Source: a virus
Lineage: Duplodnaviria; Caudoviricetes
DNA length: 45,832 nt
IMG/VR virus record: IMGVR_UViG_3300048579_000376
Span: 1-45,832 of that record
Direction: 5' to 3' (one strand)
A program made the translations under genes and the position numbers. Positions 33,701-42,900 of the stretch are shown piece after piece (within the stretch, counting starts at the first letter, position 1; each line of letters opens with the position of its first letter). Under the pieces are notes generated by a model. That model saw only the letters and a list, made by a program, of their open reading frames with translations, searched no databases and was not told the DNA's origin.

Positions 33701-35531
33701 CTCCGGCAATGTGGGCCAGGGGGTCGGCGGCCTGGGCGGTGCCCTGGCCGGCGCCGCCATCGGCGGGCCGATCGGCGCCATCATCGGCGCCATCGGCGGC
33801 TCGTTCCTGGGGTCGTTGTTCGGGATGGGCGGCGACTATCCCGATTCGATCCAGACCCAGACCGGCTACCAGACCTCGGTCGAGCAGGCGATCGGGGCGG
33901 GCAACAAGATCGCCACGCCGCCCAATCTGATGGGCAGCCAGGATTGGAATTATTGGGACCCCACCGGCCCCATGCCGGGGTGGGTGGACGGCTGGTCCTG
34001 GCGCACCTCGACGGTGGCGGGCGGCACGGCCGGGCCGGTGCAGGACACCCAGGCCCGCGCCCTCTCCCTGGTGTCCAACCTGGGCTATCTCTACGGCGCC
34101 GACCTGTCGGGCCAGAACATCGGCACGGTGGCCAAGGACGGCAAGCTGATGCTGGTCAACCGCCGTACCGACATGGCGGCGGACCAGTGGAGCAACTCGA
34201 CCCTGGCTCCGGGCATGACCGCCTATTCGTTCGACCCCTCCAAACAGGAGGAGATCGACGACGCGGTGGCGCGGATCTCGGTGGTGATGCTGGCCCGCGC
34301 CGCCTCGGTGGCCGACGCCAACCTCAAGACCGCCGCCCAGCACATCGACACCACGCTCGACGCCAAGTCGATCAACGAGCTGCTGGATTTCGCGGCCAAT
34401 TTCAACGATGCGCTGGCGACCATGGCCGGCGGCACCGCCGATTACAGCAATGCGGTCGGCGTGCAGACCCGCAAGGAGGTGGCCGCCACCGTCGCGGCCA
34501 TCCAGGATTTTATGACCAAGACGGCCGAGCTGGGCCTCAACACCACCGCCGCCGCAGCGGCCACCAAGTCGGCGGTCGAGGTCATGCTGGGCCTCAAGGA
34601 CGCGGCCCCGGAACTGTCCGACACCGCCAAGGCGCTGCAGGCGCTGGAGGCCAAGTTTTCCAACATCCAGCCGCTGCTCGACATGGTGGGGATCACCGCC
34701 GATCCGGCGGCGCTCAAGGCCCAGGCCATGACCAACCTGACCGCCGGTTTCGATGGTGCCGTGGCCGACCAGATCACCGCGCTCACCGACAACGCCGCCC
34801 TGCTGCGCAAGGCCGAGGACGAGCGGTACCAGCAGCAGCTGGCCGACGCCAAGCTGGTCAACGCCAACCTGGAGCAGGTCGAGCGGCTGCACCAGATCAA
34901 GCTGCGGCAGATCGACGAGCAGGCCAACCAGGCGCAGGTCCAGGCGGCCCAGCAGGCGCTGGCCACCATCAAATCGACGCTCGCCGAGCTGACCTACGGC
35001 AACCTCACCACCCTGTCGGCCGAGGACCGCCTGACCCTGGCCCGGGGCGAGTTTACGGCGGCGCGCACCAAGGCCCTGGGCGGTGACGCCGACGCCCTGT
35101 CCCAGATCTCCGAGGTGGTCAAGCGGTTCCTCGAATCCTCCCGCGAGGTCAATGCCAGCGGCGCCGGCTACCAGACCGATTACACCGCCGCCACCGACCT
35201 GCTCAAGCACCTGGCCGGCGTGCCCGGTTATGCCGACGGCGGCGTCTCGACCGGGCCCCAGCTCGCCTGGGTGTCCGAGGGACGCTGGCGGCACGAGGCC
35301 CACGTGCCGCTGCCCGACGGCCGCTCCATCCCCGTTAACCTGCGCACCGCCGTGCAGGGGTCTAACGGCGATGTGGTGGCCGCCATCGATCGCGCCGCCC
35401 AGCAATCGGCCGCCGACGCGGCGGCGCTGCGGCGCGAGGTGACGGCGCTGCGCCGCGAGAACGAGGATCTGCGCGGCCGGATCGATCGGGTGGTTTCGGG
35501 CATGGCCGCCGCCGGGGGACGCGGCCGATGA
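30732..35531 (+). CDS. Tail tape measure protein
   Basis: 1,599 aa Ala-rich helical protein, Gly-rich hydrophobic segment, YADGG...EAHVPLPDGRSIPV near the C-terminus. Confidence 0.95.
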   Translation: MTLAVSIQIRGDASSLKAEATQATQGVKVLGAAAAETGRAVDAMANQTRQAAGALDAYGLAGMRSAQQLRTQAEATATAGRAQADAVQRYRDSLDPLAAAQRRAAGEMATLQGWLAKGLVNQGEYDQGVKRINTGLAEMGKAAGTSAGQMAMARRTVVMNLMDMGQAAAASGGDLRMMAAIAPDMFYGFSLMGKGALAAALGITAIGGAVAATAGAYIMHAESIKELDRALKASNDNVGKSRSELERMAVAMTAGGAVSVREARVIEGALVRMGTVGGDNFRKLTEVSTDWARLTGNDVAAAATDLAKALDDPVQAAHELDRQYALLTAGQLRAIEAMDRAGKKEEVQAALLEAIGIRAAAAADDVGLFTRALNAMSDVADGLGSALGKLGSGIADVLSFGSKKSDDPAEMLARARQAMMAATAKYGADSREAKVAGADFRYWSIQTNLAAEAPRQKTENARTEKAIKAGNSLADQLEPGLDQRYLLEKQSSTLIAAATAAAQRGDVEAAARFSALYAGVARGLATYQTEGQKALKLSQAQAAAIGIESSARAVQLAQQTKAIELMGSSLPPEEQELQIHAAGAQALAQQALARQQSIEKMTLEAAAAERLAAALGGGGAAQDKAELDNMLAAEAAQNGAARLDELAAAYARVQAAKRDQQATQLLQGLSDEYQAASLLADAQGKGAAATAAATIEAERAKLVAQGYSEEVIQTALAVMRLTQAEKVRGQLAAMDRDYGRQIEQLNTELRLVGATVEQREYELTLLEMRRKLEDAGVEDVEKELQARRQVAAAIASKKAELEKAQEAAREWARIWEHGAEKIQDALAGAFKGALTGGVNNFTDFRRTVTDLMKEMAAQIAAMLVFRPIIGGVVNLLGLGGLVSGGGGLGGILGGGGATGAAGGAGGASGLYTPGLGDGFSLGHALAGGSGSSLFGTAGSMSGLLFGNAGDPLVTGLSGQGLLGSAGTLFGSTLLADSFLPGLGALAGGLISGNVGQGVGGLGGALAGAAIGGPIGAIIGAIGGSFLGSLFGMGGDYPDSIQTQTGYQTSVEQAIGAGNKIATPPNLMGSQDWNYWDPTGPMPGWVDGWSWRTSTVAGGTAGPVQDTQARALSLVSNLGYLYGADLSGQNIGTVAKDGKLMLVNRRTDMAADQWSNSTLAPGMTAYSFDPSKQEEIDDAVARISVVMLARAASVADANLKTAAQHIDTTLDAKSINELLDFAANFNDALATMAGGTADYSNAVGVQTRKEVAATVAAIQDFMTKTAELGLNTTAAAAATKSAVEVMLGLKDAAPELSDTAKALQALEAKFSNIQPLLDMVGITADPAALKAQAMTNLTAGFDGAVADQITALTDNAALLRKAEDERYQQQLADAKLVNANLEQVERLHQIKLRQIDEQANQAQVQAAQQALATIKSTLAELTYGNLTTLSAEDRLTLARGEFTAARTKALGGDADALSQISEVVKRFLESSREVNASGAGYQTDYTAATDLLKHLAGVPGYADGGVSTGPQLAWVSEGRWRHEAHVPLPDGRSIPVNLRTAVQGSNGDVVAAIDRAAQQSAADAAALRREVTALRRENEDLRGRIDRVVSGMAAAGGRGR

Positions 35532-37093
35532 GCAAGTATCTCGACCTGCTGGCCAACCCCAATGCGCGTCGCCGCTATTGCATCGAGCTGTACCCCTATG
35601 ACCGGGTGGCAGGGGCGGTGCGGGCCGTCTATCTGTCCGACGACGGTTTTGTTTCGGCGCCCGCCGACGTGCCGGCCAACACGTGGTTCGCGCCGCGCCT
35701 GACCCAGAGCATCGCCATTACCCGCTCGCTGTGGGCCGAGGGCCGGGTGGGCGGACAGTCGCTTCCCAGCTACGGCCTGGCGGTGCTGGCCAATGCCGAT
35801 CACGGCCTCGACTATCTGGCCCAGCTGGATTTCGACGGCCGCCGGGTGGTGGTGCTCCTCGGCGGTGACGATTTCGACTATGCCGATTTTGGTGTCGTGC
35901 TGGACGGTACGGTGGACGGGCTGGAATGGGGAGACCGCACGGTATCGGTGCGCCTGCGCGATCTCCAGACCCTGCTCGACAAGCCGGCCCTGACCACCCG
36001 GCTGGGCGGCACCGGCGGCTGGGACGGCATCGCCGAGCAGACCGGCCGGGCGCTGCCCTGGGCCCTGGGCCGGGTGCGCAACGCCGAGCCGGTCTGCGTC
36101 GATCCGGTCAACAAGCGGTATCGCTCGTCGTGGCGGGCGATCGCCGCCATCGACCGGGTGGCCGACATGGGCCAGCCCCTGGTCATCGCCGCCGACTATC
36201 CCACCCTGGCCGACCTGGATGCGGCCGTCACCGGCGGGGCGGTGCTCGCCGGCCAGGTCGGCATCTGCAAGGACCAGGCGGCATTCCGCTTGGTCTCTCC
36301 GCCGGCCGGGCTGGTCACCTGCGACCTGCGCGGCGACGCGGTGGGCGGCTATGTCGAGACCTCGGCCGGGCTGATCCGCCGGGTGCTGACCGTCGCCGGC
36401 CTGACCGGTTTCGACGTTTCCGCCTTCGCCACCCTCGATGTTGCCGCCCCGGCGGCGCTGGGGCTCCACATCTCCGAGGACGGCGCCACCCTGGCCGGGG
36501 CCTGCGACCAGTTGGCCGATGCCGTCGGGGCCTGGTGGGGCATGGACCGCTCCGGCGCCGCCGTGGTCGGCCGCCTCGATGCGCCGGCCGGCGAGCCGGT
36601 CGCCTGGTACGGCGAGGGCGAGATCCTGTCCTACGAGCGGGTGGCCACCAAGGTGCCGCTGTGGCGCCTGACGCTGGGCTATCAGCGCAACTGGCGGCCC
36701 ATGGCGGACGGCGACCTGGCGGCGCCCTACCGGGCCGGCGGCGGCCAGGCCACGGCGGGCGCCTGGTACCGCGAGGAGTGGCGCCTGACCGCTCCGGCGG
36801 CCGATGCGGCGGTGCAGACCCGCCATCTGCTGGCCAGCGACGAGCGGATCGACACGCTGATCGACGCGGCGGCCGACGCGGCGGCCGAATGCACCCGCCG
36901 CCATGGCCTGCTCAAGGCCGATCGGGACGTCTATCGCGTGGTGGTCAAGACCCAGCCCTTCGCCCGCCAGCTGGGCGATGTGGTCGGCCTGCGGCTGCCC
37001 CGTTACAACCTGGGCGCCGGCAAGGCCTTTATCTTGATCGGCACCCAGGAGGATGCGCGCACCAGCCGGGTGGTGATGGAGGTGTGGGGATGA
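35528..37093 (+). CDS. Tail tip / hub protein
   Basis: 521 aa after the tape measure. P.ALG.VRN.EP and LGDVV.L..PRY.L..G. Confidence 0.78.
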   Translation: MSKYLDLLANPNARRRYCIELYPYDRVAGAVRAVYLSDDGFVSAPADVPANTWFAPRLTQSIAITRSLWAEGRVGGQSLPSYGLAVLANADHGLDYLAQLDFDGRRVVVLLGGDDFDYADFGVVLDGTVDGLEWGDRTVSVRLRDLQTLLDKPALTTRLGGTGGWDGIAEQTGRALPWALGRVRNAEPVCVDPVNKRYRSSWRAIAAIDRVADMGQPLVIAADYPTLADLDAAVTGGAVLAGQVGICKDQAAFRLVSPPAGLVTCDLRGDAVGGYVETSAGLIRRVLTVAGLTGFDVSAFATLDVAAPAALGLHISEDGATLAGACDQLADAVGAWWGMDRSGAAVVGRLDAPAGEPVAWYGEGEILSYERVATKVPLWRLTLGYQRNWRPMADGDLAAPYRAGGGQATAGAWYREEWRLTAPAADAAVQTRHLLASDERIDTLIDAAADAAAECTRRHGLLKADRDVYRVVVKTQPFARQLGDVVGLRLPRYNLGAGKAFILIGTQEDARTSRVVMEVWG

Positions 37094-37965
37094 CCCTCGA
37101 TCCCAGCACCATGGTCATCGCCTCCAACTGGTCGGACGCCGGCACCCTGACCGCCGGATCGCAGGCCGGCGCCCTGGTGGTCGACAACCTCAAGGACCGC
37201 AACTCGACCAAGGTGTGGCGCAGCGTCGGGCTGGCGCCGGCCGCCACCACCATCACCGTGGACATGGGCCGGGCCAAGGTGGTCGACGTCGTGTACCTGC
37301 GCCGGGTCAACATCAGCCAGGCGGGCAGGTGGCGGGTGCGGATCTCCAACGACGCCGCCTTCGCCGTCGCCTCCTCCTACGATTCGGGCTGGGTCCGCGC
37401 CTGGCCGGTGCTGGCCGGCCACGGCGCGCTGCCCTGGGGCATCTGGCTGTGGGGCGACGTGATCAGCGAGGCCGAGGCGGCCTATTACGTGATCGACGCC
37501 ACCTGCGTCCTGCCGGCCACCGTCTCGGGCCGCTACGTTCGGATCGACATCGACGACCAGACCAACGCCGCCGGCTTCGTCCAGGCCGGCCGGCTGGTCG
37601 TCGGGCCGGCCTGGCGGGTCGCCATGGATTACGGCTGGGACATCGGCTGGTCCACCGCCGAATCCAACGTCGATTATTCCATCGGCGGCCAGACCTGGAT
37701 CGACCAGCGGCCCCAGCGCCGCACGCTGCGCTTTGGCCTGTCCGCCGTGCCCGAGGTGGAGATCTACGTCAACGCCTTCGACTATTTGGACCGGCGGAAA
37801 TCCATCGCCGGAGACGTCCTGATCATCCCCCAGCCGGCCAAGCCGGAACTCTACATCCACGAGGTCATCTACGGCCGTCTGCAGCGCCTGGACCCGGTGG
37901 GCAATCCGGCGCCGGGGCCGTCGTCCAGCCGCACCAAGTCTTTTGCCGTCGAGGAGATGCTCTGA
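37090..37965 (+). CDS. Tail tip (distal-tail-like) protein
   Basis: 291 aa, ATGA overlap. [18 protein letters not shown]. Confidence 0.75.
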   Translation: MTLDPSTMVIASNWSDAGTLTAGSQAGALVVDNLKDRNSTKVWRSVGLAPAATTITVDMGRAKVVDVVYLRRVNISQAGRWRVRISNDAAFAVASSYDSGWVRAWPVLAGHGALPWGIWLWGDVISEAEAAYYVIDATCVLPATVSGRYVRIDIDDQTNAAGFVQAGRLVVGPAWRVAMDYGWDIGWSTAESNVDYSIGGQTWIDQRPQRRTLRFGLSAVPEVEIYVNAFDYLDRRKSIAGDVLIIPQPAKPELYIHEVIYGRLQRLDPVGNPAPGPSSSRTKSFAVEEML

Positions 37966-39422
37966 TGTCCTGGCCCGTCACCGTCAACGGCCGCACCTAT
38001 ACCGAGGCCGATTTCGCCGGCAACGCCTATGTCGAGGGCCTGCCCTCCCTGGCCGCCGATCTGGCCACCCACGCCGCCAACGGCTGGACGGCCACGTCCA
38101 TGACCGCCCTGACCATCGGCACCGGGGCCCAGGCCCTGACGGTGCAGCCGGGCAAGCCGTTCGGCGTGGGCCAGCCGCTGCGCCTCGCCGTCACCGCCGA
38201 TCCCGCCAAGTACATGGACGGCTACTGCGCCTCCTACGACCAGGCCACCGGCGCCCTGGTGGTAATGGTCGGGGTGGCGATCGGCGGCGGCACCTATGCC
38301 GCATGGACGGTGACCATCGGCGGGGCGCGGGTGGCGGGCTCGGCCTCGCCGCTGGCCATCACCGAGGGCGGCACCGGGGCGACCACCGCCGCCGGGGCGC
38401 GGACCAATCTGGGGGCGGTGGCCAGTGTCGGCGGCACCATCAGCGGTGCGGTCCTCACCGATACCACGACGCTGCCCAACGGCGGCAGCATCATCGGCAG
38501 CGGACAGGCCACCTTTGTCGGGAGCGCCGGTCAGAAGGCTCTCGTCATCCAGAATAGCGGCGCCACCGACAATCTTTTCATGGGGGTCTCGGCGGGCAAT
38601 TCGTCGGCTTTCGTCCGGACCCAATCCGGCACCCCCATCCAATTTTCGACCAATGGCGGCGGCGCCACCGCGATGTCGATCAACTCGAGTACCGGTGTAT
38701 CGCTGGGCGGCGCCCCCGGCGCCGAGAGCCTGCGGGCCGTGCCGGTCGCCTCCCAGGTCAATTACTGGGCCCTGCGGGGCGGGACGGCGGGCAACGGCGT
38801 GCAGGCGTCGGCGGAGGGGGTCAGTACGGATATCGATTGGGTGTGCCAGACCAAGGGCGCCGGGGCGGTGCGGATCCAGACGGCGGGCAACACCAACAAC
38901 ACGCAGCTCGTTATCTTGCACGCCGCCGGCGCGGTTAACTACCTCTCCGTCACGGGCGCGGCTACCGGACAGGGGGTCTACGCGGCGGCCCAGGGCAGCG
39001 ACACCAACATCGCCTACCAACTCCACTCAAAGGGTGGCGGCCCGGTCAACATCTACACCAACGGCACCAGTGCCGCGACACTGCAGGCCAGCATCACCCA
39101 CACGGCCGGCGCGGTAAATTACCGGACCGTCTCGGGTGGCGCGACGGGCAACGGCACGTACTCACTGGCCACCGGCGCCGACGCCAACGTGTCATCGGTC
39201 TGGGACAATAAGGGCTCCGGGGCGCACCTGTGGCGTAACAACGGCGGGGCGACCAACCTCTTGCAGATCGGGGCTCTCGGCGGCGGCACGAGCGTCGTGC
39301 AACTGTTTAACGGCACCGTCCCAACCTCCAATCCTGTTAGCGGCGGCTATGTCTACGTCGAGGCCGGCGCCCTGAAATACCGTGGTTCCAGCGGCACGGT
39401 TACGATCCTCGCTGCAGCTTAA
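37965..39422 (+). CDS. Tail fibre / receptor-binding protein
   Basis: 485 aa Gly/Thr/Asn-rich. [16 protein letters not shown] fibre motif and three ~59-aa repeats. Confidence 0.85.
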   Translation: MSWPVTVNGRTYTEADFAGNAYVEGLPSLAADLATHAANGWTATSMTALTIGTGAQALTVQPGKPFGVGQPLRLAVTADPAKYMDGYCASYDQATGALVVMVGVAIGGGTYAAWTVTIGGARVAGSASPLAITEGGTGATTAAGARTNLGAVASVGGTISGAVLTDTTTLPNGGSIIGSGQATFVGSAGQKALVIQNSGATDNLFMGVSAGNSSAFVRTQSGTPIQFSTNGGGATAMSINSSTGVSLGGAPGAESLRAVPVASQVNYWALRGGTAGNGVQASAEGVSTDIDWVCQTKGAGAVRIQTAGNTNNTQLVILHAAGAVNYLSVTGAATGQGVYAAAQGSDTNIAYQLHSKGGGPVNIYTNGTSAATLQASITHTAGAVNYRTVSGGATGNGTYSLATGADANVSSVWDNKGSGAHLWRNNGGATNLLQIGALGGGTSVVQLFNGTVPTSNPVSGGYVYVEAGALKYRGSSGTVTILAAA

Positions 39423-39436
39423 TCCAGGAGATCACC

Positions 39437-39814
39437 ATGGCTATCGCCAAACCCCTCAAGTCCCCCTTCGGCACCGACGCCGGCTATCACATGATCGCGG
39501 CGCAGCACATCAACAGCCGCGACATGTCGGCCACCGTGCTGGTGGCCTCCTACCTGTCGGCCGAGACGCGGGGCGCCGAAAAGGCCGCCATCCTGGCCCT
39601 CAAGGACGCCGCCAATGCCGGCGACGAGACGGCGCTCGCCATCGCGCGCGGCCGCCTCGCCCAAAATCAGCCGATGATGACCGAGGAGGTCGGCATCCCG
39701 ACCGAGGTCTACATCACCCTGGTCGACGCCGACGACGGCGACCTGCGGCGGGGCGCCGTCTACGACTGGCTCAAGGCGGCCAAGCCCAAGTATGCCGGCG
39801 CGACCGACGCCTGA
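39437..39814 (+). CDS. Hypothetical protein, possible fibre assembly chaperone
   Basis: AGGAG RBS. Last phage gene, ends YDWLK...YAGATDA. Confidence 0.75.
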   Translation: MAIAKPLKSPFGTDAGYHMIAAQHINSRDMSATVLVASYLSAETRGAEKAAILALKDAANAGDETALAIARGRLAQNQPMMTEEVGIPTEVYITLVDADDGDLRRGAVYDWLKAAKPKYAGATDA

Positions 39815-39815
39815 T

Positions 39816-39855
39816 AACCCTACCCCCGCCGGCTCCGGCCGGCGGGGGTAGGGTT
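39816..39855. terminator. Strong hairpin closing the late operon
   Basis: AACCCTACCCCCGCCGGC-TCCG-GCCGGCGGGGGTAGGGTT, perfect 18-bp stem with a weak U tract. Confidence 0.65.
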
Positions 39856-39876
39856 GGCGCGGTAGGTCTGTGCGGG

Positions 39877-39890
39877 GTGAGATATCTCAG
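39877..39890. promoter_or_regulatory. Third copy of the late palindrome, at the right end
   Basis: GTGAGATATCTCAG, 13/14 identical to the two late-promoter copies. Confidence 0.7.
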
Positions 39891-39920
39891 TGCAAAATCA
39901 CCCGGCAAACAGTGCAAAAT
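39890..39920 (-). repeat. Right-end putative transposase-binding sites
   Basis: GTGCAAAAT at 39890-39898 and 39912-39920 (22-bp period), the reverse complement of the left-end ATTTTGCAC. Confidence 0.78.
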
Positions 39921-39936
39921 CGCTCGGCGCGCTTCA

Positions 39937-39941
39937 CCAGC
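39937..39941. repeat. Right copy of the target-site duplication CCAGC
   Basis: Follows the terminal CA at 39935-39936. Confidence 0.93.
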
Positions 39942-42900
39942 GAGCGCAGGAACGGCCCGAACACCTCGGGATCGACGCGCACGTCGTCGCCATCCACCAC
40001 CAGCGGCGCCACCTCCTTCTCCAGGCGGGCCGATATCTGCTGGATCAGCTTGTCGAACTCGGTGATGGCCTGGCGCAGCGACACGGTCCGGATGGCCGCG
40101 ATCTCCTCCAGCACCTCGGGAACCTCGCTCTGGTCGAGGAGGCCGCGAGCGAAGCGTTCGAAGCGTTTCGCCTGTTCCGGGGTGACGGTGACCACCCCGC
40201 GCCGGGCCATGAAATCCTCGCCCAGCGCCTCGCGCACGGTTTCCAGATCGGCCGACAGGATCGACGGCCAGTCGCGGGAGAACACCATCTGGGCCGCCTG
40301 ACCACCGTCGGCCCTGGGGCCCAGGCGCTGCAGCGCCGTCTCCACCTCGTGCAGGGCGGCGGGCAGGTGGTGGAAACCCAACTGGTTGAAGGTCCCCTTG
40401 AAGGTGTGGATGGAGCGATAGAGGGCGGCGCGGCTATGGCCCCGCCACATCCCGGGGCCGTCCTGGACGAAGCCGGTGAATTCGGCCACCGCGTCGAAGA
40501 AGTCGTTGCCGTAGGTGACCGCCGACACGATCATCTCCAGGCGGGTACGCTCGCGCGCCACCTGGGCGGCCAGCTCCTTCTCGCCGGTGACGTCGGTCAG
40601 CACCACCATGATCGCCCCGTCCAGCGGCTTGAATTCGGCCTTCAGCACCCGCGGGCCCAGGGTGATCTCCTCGGGCAGCAGGGACAGGTACAGCTCGGCG
40701 CGCAGGGCATCGCTTTCGGTCAGGGTTTCCCGGATACAGATCCGGAAGGTCTCGCGGAGCTGGGGATTGTCCGGGAACAACAACTCGTCGGCGCGTCTTC
40801 CAGCCGGCGAGCCGCCGAAGAACGCCAGACAGGGATGGCTGAATTCCGGCGCCACCACCAGATCGGCGCGGAACGACAGGAAGCCCTGGCCCGAATTATC
40901 CAGCAGGGCCGAGACCTGATCGCTGGTATTGCGAAAGGCGTCGGCCATGTCCTCGGCCAGTTTCTTGGCAGCCCGGAGCGCCTCTTCCGCCGCCTTGCGG
41001 TCGGTGATGTCCTCGACCAGCCAGACGGTTCCTCCGGCCAAGTCGGCCGGATCGATGGCGGTGCCCACCAGCCGGCAGACCCCCTTCTCGCCGTTCCCGC
41101 GCACGATCTCGTGCTCGCCGCGATAGGTTCCGCCGACCGCCAGTTCCCGATAGGCCTGCCCCACGGCCTGGAACTCCCCATCGCTGCGCCAGATCTCGCG
41201 GGTATCGAGTCCCGGCAACTCGCCCTGGCCATAGCCCAGCAGGCGTTCCAGGGCCCGGTTGGCGCGGCGGATCAGGCGGCGCCCCGTTTCGTCCATCTGG
41301 ACCACCGCGATGCCCAGCGAGGCGTTCTCGAGGATGATGTCCTGCTCGGCCAGGATCTTGTCCAACTGCTCCTTTTTCTCGGACAGTTCGGCCGTGCGCT
41401 GGGCGACGGTGATCTCCAGGTCGTCCCTGTGGCGCTCCAGATCCTTGTAGAGCAGGGAGTTCTCCAGGGAGATGGCTGCCTGCGAGGCGAGCAGCTCGAG
41501 GACGGCGACCCGCGCCGCCGTGAAGACGTGGGAAACCTGGCTGTTTTCCAGGTACAACAGACCGATCAACCGCGACTGCTTGACCATGGGCAGGCACATG
41601 ATCGACCTGACCCGGTTCCCGCGGATGTAATCGTCGGCGCCGAAATCGCCGTCCTGGATCGCGTCGTCGAGCAGGACCCGCTTCCAGGCGCGGTTGACGT
41701 AATTGAGGATGGTGACCGGCAGGGCCGCCGCGTCGGGAACCTGCCGCAGCGACTTCACCACGATGGCACCGTCGTCGATGCGGGCGTCGGCCACCACCGT
41801 CGGAACGCCGCCCAGATCGACCACCAGGGCGCCGCGGGCGGCCCCGGCGTTCTCGACGGAAATGCGCAGCAGGGTCTCCACCAGACGGTCGAGGGCGATT
41901 TCGCCCGAGACCGCCTGGGACGCCTTGATCACACTGATGGCGTCCAGACTCTGGACCGCGGCGCCCGACGTATCCGCCGGGCCCGGATGGCCCGGTGTCT
42001 CGACGATCTGGGGATGGGTCCGGTCGAGCTGCGCCGCCTTGCCCTTGGCCCCCCAGCGCAGATAGGCCTCGCGCGCCTTGCGGAGATAGGTGTCGGCGAT
42101 CAGTTGGCGACCGCGCCCGCGATAGAAGCGCGAGGCCAGTTCGAAGGCCAGGGCCTCCAGGTGCAGGGCGTCGGAATCGCGGGCCAGGGCGATGGCGTCC
42201 TCGTAGAGCCGCTCGGCCTCCAGCACGGCGCCGTCGACACGGGCCACCTCGGCCATGGCGAGGGCATGGCGGCCGCCGAAATTCTCCCGGCTGTTGGCGG
42301 CGCGGCGCGACAGAACGTCCACGTGGCCCTGCAGCTCGGACCGCTCGCCGGGTGAGAGGGGGGGCATGGATTCGCTCCGGCCGGCGGTGGCCGACAGCAC
42401 CGCCAGCAGGTGGTGCGTGGTCTCGGCCACCCAGCCGGTGACGCTTTTCAGATAGGGCGCCATCCGGCGCCCCTGCTCCGAAGCCTCGCCATAATCGCCG
42501 TACAGCAGGGCGGCGAACTGGGCCAGCAGGTGGAAATAGGCGATGCCGGTGCCGAACTTCGCCTGCTCCAGCGCCGCCAGCGCCTCGCCCCCCCGTTTCA
42601 GATAGGCCGCAAGGTCGGTGGTGCCGTCCAGGCAGTCGGAGAACGCCTTCTCGGCCCGCAGGGTGTGCAGCAGCCCGTCGTTGCGGCTTTGCTGGGCGAA
42701 GGCGGAATAGGTCAGGGAGGCGGCGGTGACGTCGGCGAGCGGCTGGCCGCACTCGAAGGTCAGCCACGAGATCTCCAGGGCGCCATAGGTGGCGTAGGAG
42801 TAGTCGCCGGCCGCCTGACAGTCGATGAATCCTTCCCGCAGGATGTCGATGCTGCTCCGCAGGGAGTTGCGGCGGCTGTTGATGAACACCCCGGCGCGCA

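Larger units (their letters stand above)
410..39936 (+). mobile_element. Complete Mu-like transposable prophage with a non-contractile tail
   Basis: TG...CA termini, 5-bp duplication, DDE transposase plus AAA ATPase, ner, gemA, mor, Mu-type gp25-gp30/I/36/G homologues, and a tail tube with no sheath. Confidence 0.97.

Noticed and set aside
39887-39936. C-terminus of the 1,981-aa ORF as native host sequence
   Set aside because: These codons are phage right-end DNA. The real C-terminus is at 1-404.
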